From the NCBI GenBank assembly GCA_963204725.1, contig CAUJHH010000067.1, positions 15,459 to 79,458 of the forward strand: 64,000 nt of DNA, written 5' to 3'. Source of the stretch: Planctomycetota bacterium. GTDB taxonomy: Bacteria; Planctomycetota; Phycisphaerae; Phycisphaerales; UBA1924. The notes under the pieces were generated by a model, which searched no databases, was not told the DNA's origin, and saw nothing but the letters and a program-made list of their open reading frames with translations. Shown here piece after piece: positions 21,664 through 30,852 of the stretch (position 1 is its first letter; the number at the start of each line of letters is the position of its first letter). A program made the position numbers and the translations under genes.

Positions 21664-22137
21664 ATGGCGTTGTACAAGCTGCCGATCTGCCGCACCTGCC
21701 GCTACCCGCTCAAGGGTCTGCGGGCGATCGCCGGTGAGCGTGCGGAGGCCGTCGAGAGCGACGGCGACCAACGCCGCTCGACGCGCGATGTCCGGTGCCC
21801 GGAGTGCGGCACGGTTCAGGCGATGGTCGGGCTGCGCCCACTCCCCTCGCTCGCGCAGAGCGCGGCGTGGTGCTCCGCCGTTCCTCTGGCATGCGTCCTC
21901 CTGGCACTCCCCGCCGCGGCCATGGGCATTGCGATCGAGATCAGTTTCTTTCTCTGCGTCGGCACGCTGCTCGCGTGCGCGGTCTGCCCCGTGATCGCGG
22001 TTGCTGTCTTTGAGGAGCGATACCGGCTCCACCCCGATCGACGACGCCTCCTCCTGGGGATGCTCCTGTGCGGCTGGATGGGGAACCTCCTGATGCTCGT
22101 GCTCTGGTACGTCCTCCTGGCGAGGCTGATCCTCTAA
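21664..22137 (+). CDS. Uncharacterised zinc-ribbon membrane protein (Cx2C.Y...CPECG plus 3 TM), paralog 2
   Basis: ATG at 21664, preceded by GGGAGA. MALYKLPICRTCRYPLKGL-(25 aa)-CPECG is followed by three TM helices, the same layout as paralog 1. Confidence 0.65.
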   Translation: MALYKLPICRTCRYPLKGLRAIAGERAEAVESDGDQRRSTRDVRCPECGTVQAMVGLRPLPSLAQSAAWCSAVPLACVLLALPAAAMGIAIEISFFLCVGTLLACAVCPVIAVAVFEERYRLHPDRRRLLLGMLLCGWMGNLLMLVLWYVLLARLIL

Positions 22138-22331
22138 CCCCCGCACGGGTCCAAGCCACCTCGTAGAATCACGGGATCTGTTCGTATGCCGCACCACCCG
22201 CGGCACCCGCGCGCGTCTCGCCTGTTGAATGGACCACGAGCGTGTGCCTCGCTCGGAAGGATGAACGTCTGGACCTGCCGCCCAACCAACTGAGGCCTTC
22301 CCCGACGCACAGCGTCCATGCTCGCCGAGCG

Positions 22332-23660
22332 TTGCCGCGGGCCGGACTGGTCGCGCTCATGGCCCTCATCGCGGCGGCCCCACCCCTCGCGGGATGCGAC
22401 CAACGCCCCGCCACCGAGGCCAAGAGACCGGAGCCCCCCACGTTCGAGCTTGAGGTCACGACACCGGTGCGGGCCATGCTGGCCCGAACTGTTCGCGTGA
22501 CCGGGACGCTCCACGGCGAGGAAGAGGCGACCATCGCCTCCAAGGTGAGCGGGCGCGTGGTGGAGGTGCTCGCGGACCTGGGCGATCGCATGGAGCCCGG
22601 TGCCGCGCTCGTCAGGATCGATCCGACGGATTACGAGCTCTTGCGCGATGAGCGGTCGCGGGCGATGACGGAGACGCTGGCGCAAATCGGTTTGACGGCG
22701 TTACCGGAGCGGGGCGGTGGGTGGAGCGATGGCGGGGGTGCGGGTCGAGGCGAGGGGATCTCGGGCGGTGAGATCGATATCGACAGCGTGCCGCTGGTGG
22801 CGCGGGCGATTCTGGAGGCGGAGAACGCGAGCGTGCGCTTCGAGCGGGCCCGCCAGCTCGCCGAGCGCGACCCGCCGCTGATGGGCCCGCAGGAGTTCAG
22901 CGACATTCGCACCGCGGCCGATGTCGCGCTGAGCAACGTCGATGTGCAGCGTCTGGAGGCGCGAACGATTCTGGCTCGGGCCCGCACGCTGGAGGTGCAG
23001 GTCCGCATCGCGGCCCAGCGCATCGCGGATTCGACACCCCGCGCACCCGAGGCGCGTGCCGCGGGCGAGTCCGGCGCGGCGTCCTATGAGATCGCCGAGC
23101 GGTCGGTGTCGGTCGGTGACTTCGTGCAGGTCGGCGATCCCCTCATGCGTGTTGTGGATTCGGATCCGATCAAGCTCCGCGTCAACGTGCCCGAGCGCCG
23201 CTTCGCGGAGATCCGGGTGGGGCAGACCGCGAATGTGGTCGCGGACGCGGTCGATCCGCGCGGGGCTTCGACGGTGGTTGGCCGGGTGTCGCGTGTCGCG
23301 CCGTCGTTGGATGCGTCGACGCGGACGCTGCCGATCGAGGTGCTGATCCCGAACGGGGAGGGGACACTCAAGCCCGGCGGCTTTGCGACGGCGGAGATCA
23401 CTGTGGGCGAGGAGGAGTCGCTCGTTGTGCCGCGGAGCGCGGTGCTCACGTTCGCCGGGGTGCACAAGGTGTTCGTGATCGCGGATGGAGTCGCCCAGGA
23501 GCGACGCGTGCAGATCGGCATGCGGGCGGGCGAGGGGATCCAGATCTTGAGCGGCCTCGAGGGGACGGAGACGATCGCGCTCTCGCCGCCGGGTTCGGTG
23601 ACGACCGGGGCGCGGATCCGGATCAAGCAGGACGCTGGTGTCGCGGGCGGCACGCCCTGA
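22332..23660 (+). CDS. Efflux RND transporter periplasmic adaptor (MFP), lipoprotein type, pump 2
   Basis: The track ORF starts at the GTG at 22242. An internal TTG at 22332 gives (M)PRAGLVALMALIAAAPPLAGC, a signal peptide with lipobox. Biotinyl-lipoyl-like and beta-barrel segments are present (ASKVSGRVVEV, VRIDPTDYEL, LKPGGFATAEI). Confidence 0.85.
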   Translation: MPRAGLVALMALIAAAPPLAGCDQRPATEAKRPEPPTFELEVTTPVRAMLARTVRVTGTLHGEEEATIASKVSGRVVEVLADLGDRMEPGAALVRIDPTDYELLRDERSRAMTETLAQIGLTALPERGGGWSDGGGAGRGEGISGGEIDIDSVPLVARAILEAENASVRFERARQLAERDPPLMGPQEFSDIRTAADVALSNVDVQRLEARTILARARTLEVQVRIAAQRIADSTPRAPEARAAGESGAASYEIAERSVSVGDFVQVGDPLMRVVDSDPIKLRVNVPERRFAEIRVGQTANVVADAVDPRGASTVVGRVSRVAPSLDASTRTLPIEVLIPNGEGTLKPGGFATAEITVGEEESLVVPRSAVLTFAGVHKVFVIADGVAQERRVQIGMRAGEGIQILSGLEGTETIALSPPGSVTTGARIRIKQDAGVAGGTP

Positions 23661-23695
23661 GGCGATGGGCCGTGTGATCACCTCGAGGAGTACCC

Positions 23696-26600
23696 GTGCA
23701 GAAGCTGGCGGAAATCTGCATCAAGCGACCCGTGTTCGCGACGATGATGAACCTCACGCTGATCATCATCGGCGTGGTGAGCTACCAGCGTCTGGGGGTG
23801 GACCGGCTCCCTTCGGTTGATATCCCAACGGTGCGGATCAGCACGACGCTCGCGGGGGCCGCGCCGGAGGAGATCGAGACGGAGGTCGTCGACATCCTCG
23901 AAGAGGCCGTCAACACGGTCGAGGGGATCGACGAGCTGCGCTCCGTGTCGAATCCCGATCGCGCGTTCGTGCTGGCGAACTTCAACCTGAGCCGAGACGT
24001 CGATGTGGCGACGCAGGACGTCAGGGACCGTGTCTCGGGCGTGCTGCGGCGCCTGCCGAACGAGGTCGATCCGCCGAACGTGAGCAAGGTGGACGGGGAC
24101 TCCGATCCCGCCTTGACAATCGCGATCTCCGGGCCCCGCTCGCAGCGCGAGTTGACGGAACTGGCCGACAAGCTGGTGCGAGAGCGTCTAGAGCGGTCCG
24201 AGGGCGTCGGCGAGATCCGACTGTCCGGCGCGCTCGTGCGCACGATGAACGTGTGGCTTGATGCGGATCGGCTGGATGCGCTCAGCGTGCCGGTCACGGC
24301 GGTTCGTGACGCGATCGAGCGACAGAACGCCAGTGTTCCAGGGGGGAACGTCTCGTCGATTGACAGGGAGTTTTCGCTGCGGACCGCGGCACGCCTGCAG
24401 GACGAGGCGGATTTCAACGACTTGATCATCACGACACGTGACGGCGTGCCGATCCGTGTGCGCGACGTCGGGCACGCGGAGGATGGCACGGCGGAACGGC
24501 GCACGCTCGCTCGCCTCAATGGTGAGCAGACCGTCACGCTGGAGGTCATCCGCCAGACGGGCTCGAACACGGTCGAGGTCGTCGAGGACGTCAAAAAGAA
24601 CCTTGACGCGCTGCGCGGGGAGCTCCCGGCGGATGTCAGGGCGGAGGTGATCCGCGACCAGTCCAACTACATCTACGCCGCGCTGCACGAGATCAACCTG
24701 CACCTGGTGCTCGGGAGCGTCTTCGCAAGCATCGTCGTGCTGGCGTTCATGCGGAGCTGGCGCTCGACGCTGATCGCGGCAGTGGCAATCCCGACATCGG
24801 TCGTGGCGACGTTCGGCGTGATGCTCGCGCTCGGGTTCACGCTCAACGCGATCACGATGCTGGCGCTGGTGCTGATGGTCGGCGTGGTGATCGACGACGC
24901 GATCGTGGTGCTGGAGAACATCTACCGCTTCGTCGAGGAGAAGGGGATGACGCCCCGCCAGGCGGCGATCGAGGGGACGCGTGAGATCGGGCTGGCCGTG
25001 CTCGCGACGACACTCTCTCTGGTCGTCATCTTCGTGCCGGTGTCGTTCATGTCATCGGTCGCTGGGCGATTCCTCTATCAGTTCGGGATCACGGCGGCGG
25101 TGGCGGTGATGGTGTCGCTCTTCGTGTCGTTCACGCTGACACCGATGATGGCATCACGCCTCCTGCGGGCCCCCAAGGGCGGGCCGCGCCATGGACACGG
25201 CACACACGCATCGTCGCGGCGCGGTTTCTACCGCTATCTCGACGCGGGGTACAGCGCGATGATCCGCTGGTCGATGCGCCACAGGCTGGTGGTCATGGCC
25301 GGCGCGATCCTGGTCAGTCTGACGACGATCCCGATGCTGGGCGTCGTCGGGCGAGAGTTTGTACCCTCGGACGTCGACGAGGCGGAGTTCACCGTGTCCG
25401 TCACCGCTCCGGAGGGAACGAGCGTCAACGCCATGCAGGGAGCGATGGTCGAGGTCGAGCAAGTGGTGCGCGGGATCCCCGGCGTTCGTGATGTGCTGCT
25501 CACCTCCGGCGGATTCACCGGCTCGCAGATCAATTCCGCGAACCTCTACGTGAGGATCGCGCCGCACAATGAGCGGCTCTTCTCGATCTCTCGATTCATC
25601 GGATCGACGCTGCGGGGCGAGCCCGGCGCGGCTTTCCGCGGCAATTATTCGCAGTCGGACGTGATGAGCCGCATCGACGCGGAGCTCAAGCGATTCACGG
25701 ACCTGCGATGCCAGGTGCGCAACTTCCAGGCGTTCAATCTGGGAGGCGGCCCGTTCGACGTCAACTTCATCATCAAGGGCGCAGAGCTCTCCAAGCTGTT
25801 CGAGTTCGGCGAGAAACTGCGCGATCGCGCCAACGAGGCGGGTGGATTCCGCGGCCTTGACACGTCGCTGCGCCTGAACAAGCCCGAACTGCGGGTGACG
25901 GTTGATCGCGACCGAGCTGCGGACCTTGGTGTCTCGGCGCGCGACATCGGCACGGCACTGCGACTGATGGTCGGCGGTGCGGAGGAGGTCACGCGATTCC
26001 GCGACCCGGGAACGAACGAGCAGTACGACGTGCGGCTCCGCCTCGTCGAGGAGGATCGGAACCGGCCGGATGTGATCGACCAGTTGAAGCTTCCTCGCGA
26101 GTCTGGGGGACTGGTCGAGGTCTCAAGCGTCGCCTCCGTGACGCCGACGTTGGCGCCGTCGAGAATCGATCGGCTCGATCGCCAGCGGGTGATCTCGGTC
26201 CGGGGGGGCGTGGCGCCGGGCTACGCGCTCGGCGATCGCCTCGAGGTGATGCAGAAGCTCGCGGCGGATCTGAACATGCCGCCGGGGTACTCGGTGGCGC
26301 TGACAGGGCGAAGCCGCGAGCTGGAGCGGACGTTCCGGGAGTTCGGGTTTGCGTTCCTGCTGTCGATCGTCTTCATGTACCTGATTCTGGCGTCACAGTT
26401 CGAGTCGCTGACGCACCCCTTGACGATCCTGCTCTCGCTTCCGCTCTCGGTGCCCTTCGCGCTCGGGTCGTTGTACCTGACGGGTGGAACGCTCAATATG
26501 TTCAGTGCTCTGGGGATCCTCGTGCTCTTCGGCGTGGTGAAGAAGAACGCGATCCTCCAGATTGATCACATGAACGGGCTGCGCCGGGGCGGCATGGAGC

Positions 26601-26872
26601 GGTCCGACGCGATCCTCCGGGCCAATCGCGATCGGCTCCGTCCGATTCTGATGACGACGCTCTCGCTGGTTGCGGGGATGCTGCCGCTGGCCGTCGGCAC
26701 CGGTCCGGGTGCGGAAGAACGCCGCGCGGTGGCAGTCGTGGTCATCGGGGGCCAGTTGCTCTGCCTGGCGCTGACGCTCATCGTGACGCCGGTGGCGTAC
26801 TCGCTCTTTGACGATCTCGGACGGATCTTCAGGCGTCGGCGAGAGGGCGAGGCCGCGAACGTGCCCGTGTGA
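23696..26872 (+). CDS. Efflux RND transporter permease (AcrB-like, HAE1-type), pump 2
   Basis: 1058 aa. GTG start with GAGGAG 5 nt upstream. Contains MQKLAEICIKRPVFATMMNL, LALVLMVGVVIDDAIVVLENI and ALGILVLFGVVKKNAILQIDH. Confidence 0.93.
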   Translation: MQKLAEICIKRPVFATMMNLTLIIIGVVSYQRLGVDRLPSVDIPTVRISTTLAGAAPEEIETEVVDILEEAVNTVEGIDELRSVSNPDRAFVLANFNLSRDVDVATQDVRDRVSGVLRRLPNEVDPPNVSKVDGDSDPALTIAISGPRSQRELTELADKLVRERLERSEGVGEIRLSGALVRTMNVWLDADRLDALSVPVTAVRDAIERQNASVPGGNVSSIDREFSLRTAARLQDEADFNDLIITTRDGVPIRVRDVGHAEDGTAERRTLARLNGEQTVTLEVIRQTGSNTVEVVEDVKKNLDALRGELPADVRAEVIRDQSNYIYAALHEINLHLVLGSVFASIVVLAFMRSWRSTLIAAVAIPTSVVATFGVMLALGFTLNAITMLALVLMVGVVIDDAIVVLENIYRFVEEKGMTPRQAAIEGTREIGLAVLATTLSLVVIFVPVSFMSSVAGRFLYQFGITAAVAVMVSLFVSFTLTPMMASRLLRAPKGGPRHGHGTHASSRRGFYRYLDAGYSAMIRWSMRHRLVVMAGAILVSLTTIPMLGVVGREFVPSDVDEAEFTVSVTAPEGTSVNAMQGAMVEVEQVVRGIPGVRDVLLTSGGFTGSQINSANLYVRIAPHNERLFSISRFIGSTLRGEPGAAFRGNYSQSDVMSRIDAELKRFTDLRCQVRNFQAFNLGGGPFDVNFIIKGAELSKLFEFGEKLRDRANEAGGFRGLDTSLRLNKPELRVTVDRDRAADLGVSARDIGTALRLMVGGAEEVTRFRDPGTNEQYDVRLRLVEEDRNRPDVIDQLKLPRESGGLVEVSSVASVTPTLAPSRIDRLDRQRVISVRGGVAPGYALGDRLEVMQKLAADLNMPPGYSVALTGRSRELERTFREFGFAFLLSIVFMYLILASQFESLTHPLTILLSLPLSVPFALGSLYLTGGTLNMFSALGILVLFGVVKKNAILQIDHMNGLRRGGMERSDAILRANRDRLRPILMTTLSLVAGMLPLAVGTGPGAEERRAVAVVVIGGQLLCLALTLIVTPVAYSLFDDLGRIFRRRREGEAANVPV

Positions 26873-26908
26873 TCGGATGCAAGTGTGGCAGCGAGCATGG
26901 CCGCTCGA

Positions 26909-29293
26909 TCAGGCGCCGGCTGCGCTGGCGGGTGGATCCTGCGGAGGACGTGCCGGCTGGGGCGCGGGTGCCGAGGTGGTTGTCTGCGCACCGATGGACT
27001 TGGCGATCTGCTCGGTGCTCGCATAGCTGATGCGCCCGTGATAGATCGATGCGAGTGTCTTGGAGACGGAGTCGACGATCAGCTGCAACTCGCGCAGGGT
27101 CAGATCGCATTCGTCAAACTGCCCGTCGGTGAGGCGTTTGTTGGCGATGGCGCGAACCAGGGCGTCGATCCGGGACGGGGTCGGCTCGGCGAGCGTGCGC
27201 GTTGCGCTCTCGACGGCGTCCGCGATCATCAGAATCGCGACTTCCTTGGTCCGTGGCCGGGGTCCGGGGTAGCGATACTCGAACTCCGAGGGGCCGTCCT
27301 TATCCTCGCCGCCCACCTTTTCGGCCTGCTTCTTCGCGCGGTTGTAGAAGAACTCAACGAGGGTTGTGCCGTGGTGGGCCTCGATGAAGTGGACAAGCTT
27401 CCGGGGGAGCCCGTACTCGCGGGCCATCTCGACGCCGTCCTTGACGTGTCCGACAATGACGAGCAAGGACATCGCGGGGCTGAGCTTGTCGTGCTTGTTC
27501 GGCCCGCCGAACTGGTTCTCGACGAAGTACTCGGGCTTGTTGATCTTTCCGATATCGTGGTAGAGCGCGCCGACGTAAGTGAGGAGGCCGTCCGAACCGA
27601 TGGCGTCCGCCGCGGCCTCAGCGATCGTCGCGACATTGAGCGAGTGGTTATAGGAGCCGGGGGCGCGCTGCTGCAGCTCGCGAAGAAGCGGTTGCTTGGA
27701 GTCGCGCAACTCGATAAGCGTCATCCCGGTGGTAATGTCGAAGAGACGCTCGATCGTGGGGAGCAGACCCAGAGCGACAAAGCCGACGGTGAGTCCGCCG
27801 GCGGCGGCCCAGCCAGCGTCGTACCCGGCGTGCAAAAGCGTGGCCTCGGAGATGGGGCGATCGATGAGACTGACGACGATCATGCCACCCGCCATCGCGA
27901 TGGCATCGATGATCGCCGTGGTGACGAGCGAGTTGCGGTGGCGGATCTCGTCGAGGCGCCAGACCATGACGCCGACGCCGACGATGATGAGCGCGAGCGT
28001 GCCGATGGGCTGGTTGAGAGCGATGCAGACGAGGATGGCGTGGAGGACGCCGAAGGCGAGCGCGACGCGCTGGTCGTAGGCGATGACGACGATGACCGCA
28101 AAGAAGACGGTCGGTGCGGTCACGGTGAAGCCCAGGAGCCGCGGGTCGGCGACGGTTCCGATGCACGCGAGCGCGAGCATGCCGACGGCGAGCGTGGAGA
28201 GGGCCGCCATTCGGAGCGGATTTCTGCGAACGGCGGGGCAGAAGAGCACCGCGTAACCGGCCATGGCCAGGCCGATCGCGGTGACGGCGCCGAGCAGGCT
28301 CACGTTGCGGACCACGAGCTTCCAACGCTCCGCTCCCTGATTCCACGCGATCAGCTCCGCGCGCACCAGGTCGAGCTGCGCCTGGGTCAGGATCTCTCCA
28401 CGCCGGAAAATCACCTGTCCTGCGGCGATGGTGCGGACCTCGGGCTTCACCTCGTCGGCCGCGATCTTCTGCGCGTCGGCCGTGGCTGTCGTGTTGAGCG
28501 TGAATGTCGGTCGACCGATGGCGCGGAGCCGGTTCGCGGACATATCGGCGAGCGCGGGTGCGAACCCGGCCTGGATTGCCATGGCGCGCACGTCCTCGGC
28601 GAGGTGGACGGGGTCGTCGAGGTTCAGCACGGCCCGTCGATTGATGCCGGGCGTGATGCCCTTGGCGAAAGCGAGCACGATGGTCGCGTGGAGGCCTTCC
28701 TGGGACTCCTTCTGATATGTGTTCTTGTCGAGGATCGGTCGGCGCTTGAGCTGCTCCATCAGACGGCCGACGCGCTCGGACCACGCGGGCACGCCCTCGG
28801 GTGTCGTCGCCGGAAGCGACCGGAGCTGGATCAGCATCTCGGGCGTCAAGCCGAATGAAGCCCGGATGGATGAATCGACCTGCTCCAAGTTCTCGACGCC
28901 CGCGAGCGTCGCAGGGAGGTTGGTCAGAGACTTGGTGATCTCCTCGAACATCGCGTCGTCGGCGGTATAAACGCGCGGCGTGCGCTCCCGGGCCTCGTCG
29001 CGACGCCTCCGCGTCGTTTCCGGATCCTGAACCTGGAATTCGACACGAGAGAGATGGGTCCAGTTCATCACCCTGCCCGGTGCAACAAGCGGGTGCGCCC
29101 GCGTCCACACGGTCAGGGCCCAGCAGGAGGCGACGAACAGGATCGTGATCGTTGCGCCCCAACCGAACCGGGGCGATTGGAGGATCGTCCCGACTCGATC
29201 GCGGAGCGATGGTCCCTTCAGACGCGAGACCCGTCGCGGACGACCCGGCCGGCGCGAGTTCTTGGGCAACGATCTGGATGGAGATCCGCTCAT
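26909..29293 (-). CDS. 7TM-HD membrane phosphohydrolase (HDIG domain, PgpH/YqfF-like)
   Basis: 794 aa with an N-terminal extracytoplasmic region, a 7-TM block and a C-terminal HD domain (HSLNVATIAEAAA, GALYHDIGKINKPEYFVENQ, HVKDG, IEAHHG). Its start overlaps the phoH stop (ATGA). Confidence 0.88.
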   Translation of the reverse strand: MSGSPSRSLPKNSRRPGRPRRVSRLKGPSLRDRVGTILQSPRFGWGATITILFVASCWALTVWTRAHPLVAPGRVMNWTHLSRVEFQVQDPETTRRRRDEARERTPRVYTADDAMFEEITKSLTNLPATLAGVENLEQVDSSIRASFGLTPEMLIQLRSLPATTPEGVPAWSERVGRLMEQLKRRPILDKNTYQKESQEGLHATIVLAFAKGITPGINRRAVLNLDDPVHLAEDVRAMAIQAGFAPALADMSANRLRAIGRPTFTLNTTATADAQKIAADEVKPEVRTIAAGQVIFRRGEILTQAQLDLVRAELIAWNQGAERWKLVVRNVSLLGAVTAIGLAMAGYAVLFCPAVRRNPLRMAALSTLAVGMLALACIGTVADPRLLGFTVTAPTVFFAVIVVIAYDQRVALAFGVLHAILVCIALNQPIGTLALIIVGVGVMVWRLDEIRHRNSLVTTAIIDAIAMAGGMIVVSLIDRPISEATLLHAGYDAGWAAAGGLTVGFVALGLLPTIERLFDITTGMTLIELRDSKQPLLRELQQRAPGSYNHSLNVATIAEAAADAIGSDGLLTYVGALYHDIGKINKPEYFVENQFGGPNKHDKLSPAMSLLVIVGHVKDGVEMAREYGLPRKLVHFIEAHHGTTLVEFFYNRAKKQAEKVGGEDKDGPSEFEYRYPGPRPRTKEVAILMIADAVESATRTLAEPTPSRIDALVRAIANKRLTDGQFDECDLTLRELQLIVDSVSKTLASIYHGRISYASTEQIAKSIGAQTTTSAPAPQPARPPQDPPASAAGA

Positions 29294-30300
29294 GCGCTGG
29301 CGCCCGCCCCACTGCCGTTGGCGGCGACACCGTTTGTTCGCTCGCGATCGATCGCGTAGGCATCGACGATCCGCTGCACCAGCGGATGGCGGACGACGTC
29401 CTCTCGCGTGAGCGCGACGATGCCGATCCCCTGCACATGGCTGAGACGGCGGACCGCGTCGATCAATCCCGAATCGGCGGCATCCGGGAGGTCGATCTGG
29501 GTCGTGTCGCCGGTGATGATCACCTTCGAGCCGTGGCCCATCCGGGTGAGGAACATCTGCATCTGGCCCCGCGTGGTGTTCTGGGCCTCGTCGAGGATGA
29601 TCGCGGAGTTGTTGAGCGTCCGGCCCCGCATGAACGCGAGCGGCACGAGCTCGACCACGTCGCTCTCCATAAAGCGACGGATCTGGGAGTAATCCATCAT
29701 GTCGTGGAGCGCGTCCAGAAGCGGGCGGAGATACGGATTGACCTTTGCCTCGATGTCTCCGGGGAGGAACCCGAGCTTCTCGCCGGCCTCCACGGCCGGG
29801 CGCACGAGGATCACCTTCCGGACCTGCTCCGTGCGGAGCAGGTGGACTGCAGCAGCGACGGCGAGATAGGTCTTGCCGGTGCCAGCGGGCCCGGTCGCGA
29901 TGACGAGATCGTTCGCGTTGATGGCGTCGAGATAGGCTCGCTGGTTGCCGGACTTCGGATTGATCTGGCGACCCCCGGCATAGGCGGAGAGTCGAAACTC
30001 GCGATTCCCGCTCTGCTCTCTCTGCCCGGATTCGCTCGCGATGAGCTCAAGCACCTGCTCGCGGGTGAAAGGCTGGCCCTGACGCGAGGCGCGAGAGATG
30101 CGGTCGATCACGGCGCGGGCGACTCCGACCGCTACGTGATCGCCGCTCAAACGGATGGTATCGTCACGTGCGGTGACATTGACCCCCAGAGCCTCGCGCA
30201 GCATCTTGAGGTTCCGCTCGGCGGAGCCGATGACGCCGACGCGCTCGGGACCGGCGGGTACGTGTATCGTGAGTTCCAACGGGACCGAGCTCCAAGACAA
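29290..30300 (-). CDS. phoH: PhoH-family ATPase (YbeZ-like, with N-terminal KH-like region)
   Basis: ATGPAGTGKTYLAVAAAV (Walker A), ILDEAQN, ITGDTTQIDLP. The start is uncertain: the track gives 30423, which abuts the divergent lipoprotein gene. In-frame TTGs at 30300 and 30279 give a typical ~330-aa length. Confidence 0.88.
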   Translation of the reverse strand: MSWSSVPLELTIHVPAGPERVGVIGSAERNLKMLREALGVNVTARDDTIRLSGDHVAVGVARAVIDRISRASRQGQPFTREQVLELIASESGQREQSGNREFRLSAYAGGRQINPKSGNQRAYLDAINANDLVIATGPAGTGKTYLAVAAAVHLLRTEQVRKVILVRPAVEAGEKLGFLPGDIEAKVNPYLRPLLDALHDMMDYSQIRRFMESDVVELVPLAFMRGRTLNNSAIILDEAQNTTRGQMQMFLTRMGHGSKVIITGDTTQIDLPDAADSGLIDAVRRLSHVQGIGIVALTREDVVRHPLVQRIVDAYAIDRERTNGVAANGSGAGASA

Positions 30301-30423
30301 ATACGGGCGAGGTCGGATAGTCCATGCTTTCAGATGCGCGAGGAGTGTATGTATAGATCGGACAGTTCGATTCCTTACGTCAACCGTACAACCGCTACGT
30401 CCCCCACTTCGAGGCGTCCGCAC

Positions 30424-30852
30424 ATGGCCATCCTTCGTATTCAGCTGGTCCTGGGTGTCTGTCTCGCGGTCCTTTGTCTTGGATGCGACGGGATGCCCGC
30501 GACCCTCGACAGGAAGCAGGGGGCCGAGGTCGCGGGATACGGCTTCGGAGACGCGAACGACATCGATGTGTCTGTCGACGCGGCCCTCGCACGAGCCGGC
30601 GTCGCGCCGGTTTCAATGGAAGTGCGTAAGGATGGAACGAGGGTGTGGGAGCTGCGCACGGCGCGCGATGAGCCGGGCGAGCTGCTGGTGCGTGTCGGCA
30701 CGCCCGATCGCGAGAACGGACCGGTGCCAGTGCAGTTGTCCTGCCGCGTGGGGAGGTTCGGTAATCCCGAGACCGAGCAGCTCATCGTGAAATCGGTCGC
30801 GAAGCGCCTGGAGAATCTGCGCGGGCGCAGCGTCTATCGCATCACGTGGTAG
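30424..30852 (+). CDS. Hypothetical small lipoprotein
   Basis: Only the C-terminal part of track ORF 29152..30852 is real; the rest is a shadow of phoH. The ATG at 30424 gives MAILRIQLVLGVCLAVLCLGCDG, a signal peptide with lipobox LGC. No known domain. Confidence 0.55.
   Translation: MAILRIQLVLGVCLAVLCLGCDGMPATLDRKQGAEVAGYGFGDANDIDVSVDAALARAGVAPVSMEVRKDGTRVWELRTARDEPGELLVRVGTPDRENGPVPVQLSCRVGRFGNPETEQLIVKSVAKRLENLRGRSVYRITW

Noticed and set aside
29152-30423. N-terminal 424 codons of the 566-aa plus-strand ORF 29152..30852.
   Set aside because: This is a shadow of phoH on the opposite strand. Only the last 142 codons, from the ATG at 30424 with a signal peptide and lipobox, look like a real gene.
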